Shown piece by piece: positions 1 through 9,490 of a DNA stretch of 12,128 nucleotides; positions within the stretch are counted from its first letter, which is position 1; each line of letters begins with the position of its first letter. The position numbers were made by a program, and so were the translations under genes. The notes below the pieces were generated by a model. The model saw only the letters and a list, made by a program, of their open reading frames with translations, ran no database searches and was not told the DNA's origin. Source of the DNA: a virus (lineage: Duplodnaviria > Heunggongvirae > Uroviricota > Caudoviricetes); the IMG/VR virus record IMGVR_UViG_2778261502_000010, positions 1 through 12,128 of that record; one strand, 5' to 3'.

Positions 1-1164
1 TTACGCCTTCTTTATATCCTCCATAATTCCAGAGTGGGACATATTTGGGACATTATCACCAAAAATGTCGTCTATTTTCCTCGCATGCTCTGTCAAATGA
101 TTAGGCGCAAGGTGAGCATACCTACGAACCATTTCTATGGACTCCCATCCGCCCATTTCCTGAAGCACTGATAATGGGACGCCTGACTGAATCAGCCAGC
201 TTGCCCAGGTGTGTCTGAGGTCATGGAAACGGAAATCTTCAATTCCTGCACGACGACAAGCTGATAGCCATGATGTCTTGCTGTCGATGCGCATCTTCCT
301 GACCGCAGGCGTTGATGTTCCATCTGCTCGCTTAGCCGCCTTGGTATGTACAAACACCCATTTGTGATGCTTGCCTATTTGATCACGCAACACTTTACAG
401 GCGGTATCGTTCAGCGCCACACCAATGGCGCGGTTTGATTTGCTCTCTTCTGGATTCACCCAGGCAACTCGTCGCTGCATGTCGATTTGTTGCCATTCCA
501 GATTTATGATGTTCGACTTTCTCAGACCAGTTGCCAGCGCAAACTTGACGACAGATTTCAGTGGTTCGGGGCACTCATCAATAAGGCGTTTTGCTTCCTC
601 CTTTTCCAGCCATCTGACTCGCTTGTTTCTGACCGCTGGTATCTTGATGACAGGCGCTTTTTCCAGCCACTTCCAGTCGCGTTCTGCAGCACGGAGAATG
701 GCCTTTATCATGGCAAGATGCTTTGCCTTTGTCTGAGTTGATACTGGCTTTGGTTCATAAACAGGCAGTTCTTTACCTTTCCTGATGGCGGCCTGAACTT
801 TCTGTTTCCATATTTCTTTCGTCTTTCTGTTATGCATTCTGCTTACAGCAGAGTAAATCTTTGCCTCCGAGATATCTTTAAGCCTTATACCCTCAAAATG
901 TTCAAGCCAGAACTCAATCCGGCTTTTATCTGAATCGAGAGATTTTTTATCAGCTTTTTCCTCAAGCCATCTTAGGCAGGCCTCTTCAAAAGTGACATCA
1001 GGTAAATCCCCTAGCTTTTCTACTCGCTAGAGTTCTGCTTTTCGCTTGTCGTGCAACTCCTGAGCTTGCCGCTTGTCCTTTGTGCCAAGAGATTCCTTAA
1101 TTCGTTTCCCGCCCGGGAGCGAATACGAGGCATACCATATTTCATTTCTGCGGAAGAGTGACAT
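1..1164 (-). pseudogene. int: P22-type tyrosine integrase, full 388-codon frame present but interrupted by an in-frame amber (TAG) at codon 46
   Basis: Minus-strand translation from the ATG at 1164-1162 gives [45 protein letters not shown], then a stop (plus-strand cta at 1027-1029), then [24 protein letters not shown]... continuing in the same frame to the stop at 1-3. It is colinear with P22 Int as recalled from memory, including the C-terminal [11 protein letters not shown]...MVRRYAHL catalytic region. The stop sits where P22 has Trp (TGG to TAG). Confidence 0.8.
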
Positions 1165-1391
1165 TTTCTTTCCTCTGTTATGCCATCACCCGCGCTCACC
1201 TGGACAGTATGCAGCGGAGACTGAAGCGCCGCAATGCAGGCTTGCCGTGTTGTGAGGTAAGGAGATTTTGGCTTGGTTGGATCTTTACGTGTTGCCTGTA
1301 GGCGGCCTGTTCGTATCCAGTTGGTGGCGGTTGGTCTGGATATCTTAAGAAACTGACAGGCCTCATCGAGTGTGAGGCTGTATGATTCCAT
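1020..1391 (-). CDS. xis: Excisionase, P22 Xis-like (123 aa); 3' end overlaps the int start out of frame
   Basis: Translation begins [56 protein letters not shown], matching P22 Xis from memory. The ATG at 1391 is the likely start; the ORF-track extension to 1454 is upstream leader read in frame. Confidence 0.8.
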
Positions 1392-1534
1392 GGTTAGCTT
1401 TGGTGGTGTGTGTGAGTCGTAGTCCTGAACGAAAACACCCCACGATTGGCTCATTTGCAGCTAATCCGGATTCGCACTTCCGGCCAATGCTTCGTTTCGT
1501 ATCACACACCCCAAAGCCTTCTGCTTTGAATGCT

Positions 1535-1565
1535 GCCCTTCTTCAGGGCTTAATTTTTAAGAGCA
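1535..1565 (-). promoter_or_regulatory. nutL: nutL-like N-utilisation site (boxA TGCTCTTAA, boxB GCCCTGAAGAAGGGC) in the PL leader
   Basis: The minus strand reads GATGCTCTTAAAAATTAAGCCCTGAAGAAGGGCAGCATTCAAAGCAGAAGGCTTTGGGGTGTGTGATACGAAACGAAGCATTGG, which matches the lambda nutL/N-leader sequence from memory. The boxB inverted repeat is visible directly. Confidence 0.75.
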
Positions 1566-1610
1566 TCACCTTCAATGGTGGTCAGTGCGTCCTGCTGATG
1601 GCTTAAAATT

Positions 1611-1677
1611 ACAAGAAAGATTGTATGTTGTAAACAAGAAATATTGTGAAAGGGGCATGAAAAACAAACTCCATTGT
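1611..1677. promoter_or_regulatory. Left operator OL1-OL3 (three 14-bp 434-type sites) with the leftward PL promoter
   Basis: Three 14-mers of the form ACAA-N6-TTGT: ACAAGAAAGATTGT (1611-1624), ACAAGAAATATTGT (1634-1647), ACAAACTCCATTGT (1664-1677). Same family as the OR sites found upstream of cI. Confidence 0.8.
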
Positions 1678-1727
1678 TTTTAAACGGAAAATAGTTTGTT
1701 TTTTGGTTATCGAGATTGAGGTGGGGA

Positions 1728-3084
<1,357 letters not shown>

Positions 3085-3092
3085 GACATTCC

Positions 3093-3124
3093 CGCTCTTA
3101 CACATCCCAGCCCTGAAAAAGGGC
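3093..3124 (+). promoter_or_regulatory. nutR: nutR (boxA CGCTCTTA, boxB GCCCTGAAAAAGGGC)
   Basis: CGCTCTTACACATCCCAGCCCTGAAAAAGGGCATCAAA read directly; matches lambda nutR from memory. Confidence 0.8.
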
Positions 3125-3150
3125 ATCAAATTAAACCACACCTATGGTGT

Positions 3151-3170
3151 ATGCATTTATTTGCATACAT
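3151..3170 (+). terminator. tR1-region hairpin between cro and cII
   Basis: GTATGCA-TTTATT-TGCATAC inverted repeat (7-bp stem) at the position of the lambda tR1 region. Confidence 0.45.
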
Positions 3171-3189
3171 TCAATCAATTGTTATCTAA

Positions 3190-3230
3190 GGAAATACTTA
3201 CATATGGTTCGTGCAAACAAACGCAACGAG
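3190..3230 (-). promoter_or_regulatory. PRE establishment promoter with CII site TTGC-N6-TTGC (minus strand TTGCGTTTGTTTGC at 3213-3226)
   Basis: The CII recognition repeat is read directly on the minus strand overlapping the cII 5' end, as in lambda. Confidence 0.65.
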
Positions 3231-3497
3231 GCTCTACGAATCGAGAGTGCGTTGCTTAACAAAATCGCAATGCTTGGAACTGAGAAGACAGCGGAAGCTG
3301 TGGGCGTTGATAAGTCGCAGATCAGCAGGTGGAAGAGGGACTGGATTCCAAAGTTCTCAATGCTGCTTGCTGTTCTTGAATGGGGTGTCGTTGACGACGA
3401 CATGGCTCGATTGGCACGACAAGTTGCTTCGATTCTCACCAATAAAAAACGCCCGGCGGCAACCGAGCGTTCTGAACAAATCCAGATGGAATTCTGA
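3204..3497 (+). CDS. cII: CII transcriptional activator (97 aa), lambda type
   Basis: MVRANKRNEALRIESALLNKIAMLGTEKTAEAVGVDKSQISRWKRDWIPKFSMLLAVLEWGVVDDDMARLARQVASILTNKKRPAATERSEQIQMEF is near-identical to lambda CII from memory. Confidence 0.93.
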   Translation: MVRANKRNEALRIESALLNKIAMLGTEKTAEAVGVDKSQISRWKRDWIPKFSMLLAVLEWGVVDDDMARLARQVASILTNKKRPAATERSEQIQMEF

Positions 3498-3519
3498 GGT
3501 CATTACTGGATCTATCAAC
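3443..3519 (-). ncRNA. oop: oop antisense RNA (about 77 nt), overlapping the cII 3' end
   Basis: The minus strand reads GTTGATAGATCCAGTAATGACCTCAGAATTCCATCTGGATTTGTTCAGAACGCTCGGTTGCCGCCGGGCGTTTTTTATT, matching lambda oop RNA from memory, with a terminal GC hairpin and U-tract. Confidence 0.6.
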
Positions 3520-3529
3520 AGGAGTCATT

Positions 3530-4429
3530 ATGACAAATACAGCAAAAATACTCAACTTCGGCAGAGGTAACTTTGCCGGACAGGAGCGTAATGTGGCAGA
3601 TCTCGATGATGGTTACGCCAGACTATCAAATATGCTGCTTGAGGCTTATTCAGGCGCAGATCTGACCAAGCGACAGTTTAAAGTGCTGCTTGCCATTCTG
3701 CGTAAAACCTATGGGTGGAATAAACCAATGGACAGAATCACCGATTCTCAACTTAGCGAGATTACAAAGTTACCTGTCAAACGGTGCAATGAAGCCAAGT
3801 TAGAACTCGTCAGAATGAATATTATCAAGCAGCAAGGCGGCATGTTTGGACCAAACAAAAACATCTCAGAATGGTGCATCCCTCAAAACGAGGGAAAATC
3901 CCCTAAAACGAGGGATAAAACATCCCTCAAATTGGGGGATTGCTATCCCTCAAAACAGGGGGACACAAAAGACACTATTACAAAAGAAAAAAGAAAAGAT
4001 TATTCGTCAGAGAATTCTGGCGAATCCTCTGACCAGCCAGAAAACGACCTTTCTGTGGTGAAACCGGATGCTGCAATTCAGAGCGGCAGCAAGTGGGGGA
4101 CAGCAGAAGACCTGACCGCCGCAGAGTGGATGTTTGACATGGTGAAGACCATCGCGCCATCAGCCAGAAAACCGAATTTTGCTGGGTGGGCTAACGATAT
4201 CCGCCTGATGCGTGAACGTGACGGACGTAACCACCGCGATATGTGTGTGCTTTTCCGCTGGGCCTGCCAGGACAACTTCTGGTCCGGTAACGTGCTGAGT
4301 CCGGCCAAACTCCGCGACAAGTGGACCCAGCTCGAAATCAACCGTAACAAGCAACAGGCTGGCGTGACAGCCGGAAAACCAAAACTCGACCTGACAAACA
4401 CTGACTGGATTTACGGGGTGGATCTATGA
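3530..4429 (+). CDS. O: Replication initiator O (299 aa), lambda type
   Basis: [66 protein letters not shown]... is near-identical to lambda O from memory; the ori iterons lie inside it. Confidence 0.93.
   Translation: MTNTAKILNFGRGNFAGQERNVADLDDGYARLSNMLLEAYSGADLTKRQFKVLLAILRKTYGWNKPMDRITDSQLSEITKLPVKRCNEAKLELVRMNIIKQQGGMFGPNKNISEWCIPQNEGKSPKTRDKTSLKLGDCYPSKQGDTKDTITKEKRKDYSSENSGESSDQPENDLSVVKPDAAIQSGSKWGTAEDLTAAEWMFDMVKTIAPSARKPNFAGWANDIRLMRERDGRNHRDMCVLFRWACQDNFWSGNVLSPAKLRDKWTQLEINRNKQQAGVTAGKPKLDLTNTDWIYGVDL
3878..3964. repeat. ori-lambda: four ~19-bp iterons (ATCCCTCAAAACGAGGGA-like) followed by an A/T-rich unwinding region to about 4010
   Basis: Four tandem imperfect repeats: tcatccctcaaaacgaggga / atcccctaaaacgagggata / catccctcaaattgggggat / tatccctcaaaacaggggga, then acaaaagacactattacaaaagaaaaaagaaaag. 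Confidence 0.85.
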
Positions 4430-4593
4430 AAAACATCGCCGCACAGATGGTTAACTTTGACCGTGAGCAGATGCGTCGGATCGCCAACAACATGCCGGAA
4501 CAGTACGACGAAAAGCCACAGGTATTTGATACCAGACCTCTCCGCGCCGCCATGATTGTCTTTCTCCTGATGCAGGAGGCCAATAATGCTTAG
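4426..4593 (+). pseudogene. P: Truncated replication protein P: first ~33 codons lambda P-like, then unrelated sequence and a stop
   Basis: The ATG overlaps the O stop (ATGA at 4426-4429). [33 protein letters not shown] matches the lambda P N-terminus from memory, then [22 protein letters not shown] and TAG at 4591-4593. Lambda P is ~233 aa and there is no room for it before rusA. Confidence 0.75.
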
Positions 4594-4803
4594 CCCATCT
4601 CAATCCCTTCAATACCTGAAAGGAAGCATAGAGCGGGCTTCAATGTGCACAGAGTGGATTCTATCTAGGTTTAGCGCATACAGAAGATTGCCGGTAAAGG
4701 GCATGCCAAGCAAGTCGATGCTGCATATGCAAAAGAATGCGCGCTGGAAGGTATGGCGAGAACGCAGGTTATCTGGCTGAAAGAGGGGGTAATTAAGGCG
4801 TGA
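4586..4803 (+). pseudogene. nin-region remnant: NinF-like N-terminus running through frameshifts into a YbcO (DUF1364)-like C-terminus
   Basis: The ATG at 4586 opens [14 protein letters not shown]... (lambda NinF starts [10 protein letters not shown] from memory). In another frame 4675-4803 reads [42 protein letters not shown], resembling the YbcO C-terminus. No continuous frame exists; the reference sequences are recalled from memory. Confidence 0.45.
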
Positions 4804-5162
4804 ATACTTACCACATCACACTACCCTGGCCGCCGAGCAATAACCGCTACTACCGCCATAATCGAGGGCGCACGCACGTCAGCGCAGAGGGGCAGGCATA
4901 CCGCGATAACGTCGCCCGAATCATTAAAAACGCAATGCTGGATATCGGCCTGGCTATGCCTGTGAAAATCCGCATTGAGTGCCACATGCCGGATCGCCGT
5001 CGCCGTGACCTGGATAATCTGCAAAAAGCCGCTTTTGACGCACTCACTAAAGCAGGTTTCTGGCTGGATGATGCTCAGGTCGTTGATTACCGCGTTGTGA
5101 AGATGCCTGTTACCAAAGGTGGGAGGCTGGAACTGACCATCACCGAAATGGGGAATGAATGA
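4800..5162 (+). CDS. rusA: RusA Holliday-junction resolvase (GTG start)
   Basis: [120 protein letters not shown] matches E. coli RusA from memory. Confidence 0.93.
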   Translation: MNTYHITLPWPPSNNRYYRHNRGRTHVSAEGQAYRDNVARIIKNAMLDIGLAMPVKIRIECHMPDRRRRDLDNLQKAAFDALTKAGFWLDDAQVVDYRVVKMPVTKGGRLELTITEMGNE

Positions 5163-5299
5163 TGTTTGAGTTTAATATGGCAGAACTTCTTCGCCACCGC
5201 TGGGGGCGTCTGCGCTTATATCGTTCCCCCGGTTCTGTTTTGACCGATTACCGAATACTGAAGAATTACGCCAAAACCCTGACAGGAGCAGGAGTATGA
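5159..5299 (+). CDS. ylcG: YlcG-like small protein (46 aa), start overlapping the rusA stop
   Basis: [46 protein letters not shown] translated directly; resembles DLP12 YlcG from memory. Below the length cutoff of the ORF track. Confidence 0.65.
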   Translation: MMFEFNMAELLRHRWGRLRLYRSPGSVLTDYRILKNYAKTLTGAGV

Positions 5300-5384
5300 A
5301 GTCAGAGATAACAATCAACTAATACTGTTTTGTTGATTTTTGCTTGTAATTGGCGTTCTGGCCTGATTTTTGTGGAGTAAGTTG

Positions 5385-5768
5385 ATGCGTGATATTCAGA
5401 TGGTTCTTGAGCGTTGGGGAGCGTGGGCGGCTAATAATCATGAAGATGTGACCTGGTCGTCCATTGCCGCCGGTTTTAAGGGATTAATTACTTCAAAAGT
5501 AAAATCTCGCCCGCAATGTTGTGACGATGACGCGATGATTATTTGCGGGTGCATGGCCCGTCTGAAAAAGAACAACAGCGATTTGCACGATTTATTAGTA
5601 GATTATTATGTAGTCGGTATGACATTCATGTCACTGGCAGGTAAGCATTGCTGCTCTGATGGTTATATCGGGAAAAGGTTACAGAAGGCTGAGGGCATAA
5701 TTGAAGGGATGTTAATGGCATTAGATATCCGGTTAGAGATGGATATCGTTGTTAATAACTCTAATTAA
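5385..5768 (+). CDS. Q: Q-family late-gene antiterminator (QuuD-like, 127 aa)
   Basis: [62 protein letters not shown]... with Cys-rich zinc-binding-like motifs, in the Q position downstream of rusA/ylcG. The ATG at 5385 is preferred over the TTG at 5370. Confidence 0.85.
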   Translation: MRDIQMVLERWGAWAANNHEDVTWSSIAAGFKGLITSKVKSRPQCCDDDAMIICGCMARLKKNNSDLHDLLVDYYVVGMTFMSLAGKHCCSDGYIGKRLQKAEGIIEGMLMALDIRLEMDIVVNNSN

Positions 5769-5780
5769 TATGCCAGTTGT

Positions 5781-5819
5781 TTACTAAAAATTATTAAAAA
5801 TGGGGCGTTGCAACGCCCC
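5781..5819 (-). terminator. Rho-independent terminator for the convergent porin transcript
   Basis: Perfect palindrome GGGGCGTTGCAACGCCCC (5802-5819) followed on the minus strand by ATTTTTAATAATTTTT. Confidence 0.6.
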
Positions 5820-5906
5820 CAAAAATAAAGGGTAATATATAACAGAAGGTTTATATAGTTAGAAGCAAGGTTGTGCTCCTAAAGGAAGTGGCTTGAGGGA
5901 GCCACT

Positions 5907-5948
5907 TATATGTTGGGGAGGCAAAGCCTCCCGCAACATATCTTTTTC
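5907..5948 (+). terminator. Rho-independent terminator downstream of Q (candidate end of a short PR'-type transcript)
   Basis: ATATGTTGGGGAGGC-AAA-GCCTCCCGCAACATAT (about a 15-bp stem with one bulge) followed immediately by TCTTTTTCG on the plus strand. Confidence 0.55.
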
Positions 5949-5957
5949 GTAATCAGA

Positions 5958-7055
5958 TTAGAACTGGTAAACCAGACCTACAGCAACGATGTCATCAGTG
6001 CTTACACCGAGTGCTTTAGTGAAGTCATTTTTGTCAAGCAGGTTGATTTTGTAATCAACGAAAGTAGACATATTTTTGTTGAAGTAATAGGTTGCACCTA
6101 CATCAACATATTTGACTAAGTCCTGATCGCCCCATACTCCAAGATCCTTACCTTTAGATTGCAGGTAAGCAACGGACGGACGCAGACCGAAATCGAACTG
6201 ATATTGTGCAACAGCTTCGAAGTTTTGAGCTTTATTAGCAACGAAGTGATCAGCAAATACAGTCATATTCTGGGTTTCAGAATAGGTAGTGGCCAGGTAA
6301 ATGTTGTTAGCGTCATATTTCAGACCTGCGGCCCAAACTTCTGCATTTTTACCGGAAGCAAATACTTCAGGAAGAACTTTCCCTGCATTAACTTGAGTGT
6401 CGGTACGATCAGATTTCGCATAAGTTGCACCGATACCGAATCCTTCGTATTCATAGGTAGCAGAGAAACCGAAGCCATCACCGTTACCTTCGGTGTAGTT
6501 ATCGAAATCGCTACGATCGTTTTTGCCTTGGTACTGAGCAGCAAAGTTCAGACCATCAACCAGACCAAAGAAGTCGTTGTTACGATAGGTTGCAACACCA
6601 GTGGTGCGACCAGTCATGAACACATCTGTTTGGGTCCAGGTATCGCCACCGAATTCTGGCAGAACGTCAGTCCACGCACCGATGTCGTATGCTACACCGT
6701 AGTTACGGCCGTAATCGATGGAGCCGTAGTCACCGAATTTCAGGCCAGCGAAGGCAAGACGGGTTTTATCTTTGGAGGAACCTTGAGATTCAGCGCGGTT
6801 GCCTTTGAATTCATATTCCCACTGACCGAAACCAGTCAGTTGATCGTTGATTTGGGTTTCACCTTTGAAGCCAAGACGGGCATAAGTAGTATCACCATCA
6901 TCTGCATCATTAGAGGAGAAGTAGTGCTTAGCATTAACTTTCCCGTACAGATCCAGCTTGTTACTGTCTTTATTATAAATTTCAGCTGCCTGAGCAGACA
7001 TCGCCATCAGTACTGATGCAGCTACAGCAGAAATTGCCACTGTTAATTTTTTCAT
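5958..7055 (-). CDS. nmpC: General diffusion porin, NmpC/Lc (OmpC/OmpF/PhoE family), intact 365 aa with signal peptide
   Basis: [40 protein letters not shown]... and a C-terminal ...VAVGLVYQF beta-barrel signature with a terminal Phe. It sits convergent to Q and upstream of the holin, as for lc in phage PA-2 and nmpC in DLP12. Confidence 0.93.
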   Translation of the reverse strand: MKKLTVAISAVAASVLMAMSAQAAEIYNKDSNKLDLYGKVNAKHYFSSNDADDGDTTYARLGFKGETQINDQLTGFGQWEYEFKGNRAESQGSSKDKTRLAFAGLKFGDYGSIDYGRNYGVAYDIGAWTDVLPEFGGDTWTQTDVFMTGRTTGVATYRNNDFFGLVDGLNFAAQYQGKNDRSDFDNYTEGNGDGFGFSATYEYEGFGIGATYAKSDRTDTQVNAGKVLPEVFASGKNAEVWAAGLKYDANNIYLATTYSETQNMTVFADHFVANKAQNFEAVAQYQFDFGLRPSVAYLQSKGKDLGVWGDQDLVKYVDVGATYYFNKNMSTFVDYKINLLDKNDFTKALGVSTDDIVAVGLVYQF

Positions 7056-7483
7056 CGTGAGCCCTTTTTTTTGAACTATTATTAAAAAATGATGTCACTG
7101 CGCGATAAATATTCATCTAATCAATATGATTATTTCAAGATGTAAGTTTTGGTTTCTCGTTTGATTTGTGAAGTAGATCTCTATTTTTATCTGAACTTTT
7201 TTCTATCGAATCCTATTCATGGCTCTTGGCTGAATAAAAATAAATCTATTAGCCAATTTATATTAACGGTTGTTATTTATAAGTGCTCTATGATTTGAAG
7301 GTTCAATTTAAATCGGCTAAAAATAACACTGGGAATTATTTGTTGGTTATTTGTTGAGATTTGCTTATGTATTTGTAGTGGTGTTTTCAATACTCGGTAG
7401 CATTCTCGCAAATATCATTTAGTGGTTTACGTACGTAAAAAATTGGTTATGCTGTTAAGAGTGGTTACTTCGTCACACAGCTT

Positions 7484-7516
7484 AAACCCGCCGTCGAGTG
7501 GGTTTTTCCATTTTTT
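7484..7516 (+). terminator. Rho-independent terminator about 110 bp upstream of the holin gene (tR'-like)
   Basis: AAACCCGC-CGTCGA-GTGGGTTT stem-loop followed by TTTTTCCATTTTTT. Confidence 0.6.
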
Positions 7517-7628
7517 GAGTCTCGATATTAGCTGATAACCCAATACCTGAGTTATTCACTGACTCCGAGTCTGTTACGTTTCGTAGTATTCCCTCAATTT
7601 ACACCCGCTTTGTCTGCGAGGTGGGGTT

Positions 7629-7844
7629 ATGAAATCCATGGATAAGTTAACAACGGGTGTCGCCTATGGCACCTCAGCAGGTAGTGCCGGGTACTGGTTT
7701 TTACAGCTGCTAGATAAAGTCACGCCCTCACAGTGGGCGGCAATTGGAGTGCTGGGTAGCCTGGTATTTGGCCTGCTGACGTACCTGACAAACCTTTATT
7801 TCAAGATTAAAGAAGATAAGCGCAAGGCTGCGAGAGGTGAATAA
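7629..7844 (+). CDS. S: Class II holin/pinholin, phage-21 S-like (71 aa), dual-start motif MKSM
   Basis: [71 protein letters not shown]: two transmembrane segments and a charged C-terminus; matches S21/EssD from memory. Confidence 0.9.
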
Positions 7845-8341
7845 TGCCTCCATCATTACGAAAAGCCGTTGCTGCTGCTATTGGTGGCGGAGCAATTGCT
7901 ATAGCATCAGTGTTAATTACTGGCCCAAGTGGTAACGATGGTCTGGAAGGTGTCAGCTACATACCATACAAAGATATTGTTGGTGTATGGACTGTATGTC
8001 ACGGGCATACAGGAAAAGACATCATGCTCGGTAAAACGTATACCAAAGCAGAATGCAAAGCCCTCCTGAATAAAGACCTTGCCACGGTCGCCAGACAAAT
8101 TAACCCGTACATCAAAGTCGATATACCGGAAACAACGCGCGGCGCTCTTTACTCGTTCGTCTACAACGTGGGTGCTGGCAATTTCAGAACATCGACGCTT
8201 CTTCGCAAAATAAACCAGGGTGATATCAAAGGCGCATGTGATCAGCTACGGCGCTGGACATACGCTGGCGGTAATCAATGGAAAGGACTGATGACTCGCC
8301 GTGAGATTGAGCGTGAAGTCTGTTTGTGGGGGAAACAATGA
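7844..8341 (+). CDS. R: SAR endolysin (phage-21 R / RrrD-type lysozyme, 165 aa)
   Basis: The start overlaps the holin stop (TAATG). The N-terminus [27 protein letters not shown] is a Gly/Ala-rich signal-anchor-release segment, followed by a lysozyme domain matching R21/RrrD from memory. Confidence 0.93.
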   Translation: MPPSLRKAVAAAIGGGAIAIASVLITGPSGNDGLEGVSYIPYKDIVGVWTVCHGHTGKDIMLGKTYTKAECKALLNKDLATVARQINPYIKVDIPETTRGALYSFVYNVGAGNFRTSTLLRKINQGDIKGACDQLRRWTYAGGNQWKGLMTRREIEREVCLWGKQ

Positions 8342-8796
8342 GCAGAGTAACCGCGATTATCTCCGCTCTGGTTATCTGCATCATCGTCTGCCTGTCATGG
8401 GCTGTTAATCATTACCGTGATAACGCAATCGCCTACAAAGAGCAGCGCGATAACAAGGCCAGTGAACTGGAGAAGGCGAACGCCACCATCGCTGACATGC
8501 GGAAGCGTCAACGTGATGTAGCAGAACTCGACGCAAGATACACAAAGGAGCTTGCTGATGCTAACGCGACTATCGAAAGTCTCCGTGCTGATGTTTCTGC
8601 TGGGCGTAAGCGCCTGCAAGTCGCCGCCACCTGTGCAAAGTCAACGACCGGAGCCAGCGGCATGGGCGATGGAGAAAGCCCAGGACTTACAGCAGATGCT
8701 GAACTCAATTATTACCGTCTCCGAAGTGGAATCGACAAGATAACCGCGCAGGTTAACTACCTGCAGGAATACATCAGGACGCAATGCCTGAAATAA
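8338..8796 (+). CDS. Rz: Rz i-spanin (inner-membrane spanin subunit)
   Basis: The ATG overlaps the endolysin stop (ATGA at 8338-8341). It has an N-terminal transmembrane segment [23 protein letters not shown], a coiled-coil-like charged region, and Rz1 embedded in the +1 frame. Confidence 0.85.
   Translation: MSRVTAIISALVICIIVCLSWAVNHYRDNAIAYKEQRDNKASELEKANATIADMRKRQRDVAELDARYTKELADANATIESLRADVSAGRKRLQVAATCAKSTTGASGMGDGESPGLTADAELNYYRLRSGIDKITAQVNYLQEYIRTQCLK
8552..8743 (+). CDS. Rz1: Rz1 o-spanin lipoprotein embedded in the +1 frame of Rz
   Basis: ...[26 protein letters not shown]...: a lipobox-like LGVSAC followed by a proline-rich segment, entirely within Rz. The exact start (Met1 or Met3) is uncertain. 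Confidence 0.7.
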   Translation: MLMLTRLSKVSVLMFLLGVSACKSPPPVQSQRPEPAAWAMEKAQDLQQMLNSIITVSEVESTR

Positions 8797-8827
8797 TTTT
8801 TTTGCAAATCACAAAGTCCATTTAATG

Positions 8828-8852
8828 AGCCTCGCGATGCGGGGCTTTTTTT
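8828..8852 (+). terminator. Rho-independent terminator after the lysis cassette
   Basis: AGCCTCGC-GAT-GCGGGGCT (8-bp stem with one G-U pair) followed by a run of 7 T. Confidence 0.7.
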
Positions 8853-9001
8853 ACATCTGAATTTCACAGCGCATCTCACGCGCATATTACATCACCCGAG
8901 CCTTTCAGAAAGTTGAGCCTGAGAACTGCCGTATATGGTGGCGACCATCTCGGGGCGGCTTTTCTGTGAGACAGGCTCACTTTCTAAAAGGTAAAGACGC
9001 T

Positions 9002-9490
9002 ATGAACCAATTAGAAGAAAAGCTTCAAAGAATGATTTCCTTATACAAGGAAGATAACTGCCAAAAAGTTCCTGAAAACATCGCAGAGTTAATGGAATTG
9101 GCAAGTGAATTTTCTGGCATGCTTAAGTCGTCAGGTGTTCGGTCAGCGTTCTTTGTTGAAATGCTGATGCACGGCGGACTTATGGCAACAATGAGACGTG
9201 TAATGGAAGACCAGAGAAAAGAACCTCCTCAGGTATACGTTTTGTCATCGAAGAAAACTGGGCTAACCAAAATTGGGTATTCATCCAACATTCCACAACG
9301 CATCAAATCGCTTGGCAACTCTGGACCAGACTGCTTGAAGCTTGAGTGCCTGATCCCTGGTGGAAGAGAAACTGAAAACATGCTTCATCGCAAATTTGCC
9401 GCAAAGAGAAAGCACGGTGAATGGTTCGCCCTGTCCAAGGATGACATTGAGGGATTGAAATCTGTAGCGATTACTTCTGATGGCTATTAA
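9002..9490 (+). CDS. Hypothetical protein with a C-terminal T5orf172 / GIY-YIG-like domain (162 aa from the ATG at 9002; alternative GTG at 8966)
   Basis: The C-terminal half PQVYVLSSKKTGLTKIGYSSNIPQRIKSLGNS...LKLECLIPGGRETENMLHRKFAAKRKHGEWFALSKDDIEGLKSV fits the T5orf172 pattern (VYVL...KIG...R...L......E..LH..F...R..GEWF). The N-terminal ~80 aa are unassigned. AAGG lies about 10 nt upstream of the ATG at 9002. Confidence 0.6.
   Translation: MNQLEEKLQRMISLYKEDNCQKVPENIAELMELASEFSGMLKSSGVRSAFFVEMLMHGGLMATMRRVMEDQRKEPPQVYVLSSKKTGLTKIGYSSNIPQRIKSLGNSGPDCLKLECLIPGGRETENMLHRKFAAKRKHGEWFALSKDDIEGLKSVAITSDGY

Noticed and set aside
425-741. Two plus-strand ORFs (103 and 84 aa) inside the integrase gene
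   Set aside because: Both are antisense to the int reading frame that is colinear with P22 Int; neither has a recognisable family.
1391-1454. Upstream extension of the xis ORF (MSQSWGVFVQDYDSHTPPKLT) suggested by the ORF track
   Set aside because: This stretch is the lambda-like PL/N leader read in the xis frame; homology to Xis begins at [11 protein letters not shown], so the ATG at 1391 is the likelier start.
3878-3964. Tandem ~19-bp repeats that could be mistaken for a short CRISPR-like array
   Set aside because: They lie inside the O coding sequence, are internally palindromic, have no unique spacers, and match the ori-lambda iteron arrangement.
6159-7016. 285-aa plus-strand ORF lying entirely inside the porin gene on the opposite strand
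   Set aside because: The porin on the minus strand has a signal peptide and a full beta-barrel signature; long stop-free antisense frames are a common artefact of Gly/Asp/Tyr-rich porin codon usage. The antisense product has no start context or recognisable features.
8930-8960. GGTGGCGACC...GGGGCGGC motif resembling the cosN sequence, upstream of the T5orf172 gene
   Set aside because: Only a partial and interrupted resemblance to GGGCGGCGACCT; the genuine cos with its full flanking right-end and left-end sequence is at 11070-11081.
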